Below are positions 62,659-64,000 of a stretch of 64,000 nucleotides of DNA, one piece after another. The first letter of the stretch is position 1, and every line of letters begins with the position of its first letter. Below the pieces are notes generated by a model that worked only from the letters and a program-made list of their open reading frames with translations, was not told where the DNA came from and searched no databases. Position numbers and translations under genes: made by a program. Source of the DNA: Xylographa opegraphella (taxonomy: Eukaryota); contig JALDZX010000041.1 in assembly GCA_022813865.1 (NCBI GenBank), forward strand, positions 62,001 through 126,000, written 5' to 3'.

Positions 62659-64000
62659 TCAGGCTTTGATCAACAAGCTTGTTCCACCCATCTCTTTTGG
62701 CTGCTCCAAACCCATAGCCTCCAAAATCGTTGGTGCCACATCACCCAACACGCCGTCCGCTTTCTTCAGACTCCAGCCCGAGGGTGCATTGGCCATCACG
62801 AAGGGGACATTGTTCGTTGTATGCGAGGTCTTCGGTTTGCCCTCTTCATTGAGCATCTCCTCGGCATTTCTGAAGCAATTAGCATCCTAGGATATCACAT
62901 TCCATAATGACATGACATACCCATGGTCTGACGTCACAAAAAGGACATAGCCTTCCTTTTTGCATTGTTCGAATATTTGTCCAATGGCCTTGTCTGTGGC
63001 CGTGACGCCTTGGATGGCTGCTTTGTACACCCCAGTGTGGCCGACCATGTCTGGTGGAGCAAAGTTGTTCATCAGGAATTCGTATTTACCTTCGCCAATC
63101 CTCTTGCACAATTGGTCTGCCACACCAGCAGCACTCATCTTTGGCTCGAGATCGTAGGTAGCGACTTTCGGTGAAGGGACCATGTCTCGATCTTCTCCGG
63201 GGAATTGCTTCTCCACCCCTCCATTGAAGAAGAACGTCACATGCGCATACTTCTCGGTCTCTGCGACATGACACTGCTTCACATCCTGCTTGCCAAGCCA
63301 CTCGGCGAGGACATTGCCCATGTGTTGCGGTTCGAAGGCGATGGGAAAGGGGTAATCGGTCTTGTACTGAGTCATGGTGGTAATGGAAATGTTTTTCGGA
63401 TATGGAAAGTCGGGTTTGGGAGACCGGTCTACGTCACCCATTAATTGGGTAATTTCTCGAACTCGGTCAGATCGGTAATTGAAGAAGAAGAGGGTATCGT
63501 TGTCTGTTCGCTATGTCAGCTTATCAATTTCAATGCCGAAAGGATATCTGACCTTGAACTCGAGCGTCCTTTCCGCCGACTACAATCGGCTTCAGAAACT
63601 CATCGTTCTCCCCTTTCGAATATCTCTCTTCTATAGTCGCGACCGGATCTGTACTGTCCTCTCCTTCTCCAGTCACCACCCCTTTCATCCCGATCTCAAC
63701 TCGGTCCCACCTCTTGTCACGATCCATGATATAGTATCGACCCACGACAGTCGCAACCTGCCCGGTCCCCAACTCCTTCATCTTATCCACCAATTCCTTG
63801 ACATAGCGAGCGCCGGACTTCGGATCCGTGTCCCTCCCATCTGCGAAGCAATGAACAAACACATGCGGCACCTTCATCTCCTTCGCCACCTGCAGCAGGC
63901 CGTAAAGATGCTTGTTGTGCGAATGGACGCCCCCGTCCGAAACCAAGCCCAAGAGGTGCAGTCTCCCATTCGTATCCACTGCCCTCTGGAAGCAGTCGGT
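62659..64000 (-). CDS. gpmI: 2,3-bisphosphoglycerate-independent phosphoglycerate mutase (5' end beyond window)
   Basis: LVSDGGVHSH, DGRDTDP, GRYYIMDRDKRW, FNYRSDR, AETEKYAHVTFFFNGG, PDMVGHTG, TSDHGNAE, SHT. Confidence 0.96.

Overview
Eukaryotic, intron-containing DNA from a filamentous ascomycete (Pezizomycotina-type GT..CTRAC..YAG introns). From left to right it holds: eIF2A (5'-truncated); small orphan Cys-rich ORFs; a degenerate USP-fold (pseudo-deubiquitinase-like) gene; a 4-exon ~1498-aa chimeric gene joining a PB1-like domain, a Ty3/gypsy-type retropepsin domain, a canonical Zn(II)2Cys6 cluster and a C-terminal UBA-like domain; the clock gene frq; a 7-gene highly reducing PKS cluster (HR-PKS, thiohydrolase, BBE-like flavoenzyme, P450, SDR, bZIP-ankyrin regulator, MFS); cbp6 and bsd2; a VIVID/ENVOY-like LOV photoreceptor; an SDR; an F-box/LRR-like gene; a telomere-like minisatellite followed by an island with an intronless, bacterial-type GIY-YIG nuclease/DUF2075 (Schlafen group 3-like) helicase gene and a CaaX-ending orphan gene; then vps4, prefoldin 6 and cofactor-independent phosphoglycerate mutase (5' end outside the window). 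The most unusual items are the apparently horizontally acquired bacterial nuclease-helicase and the PB1-retropepsin-Zn2Cys6-UBA chimera. All family calls come from motif recognition by eye; no database searches were run.
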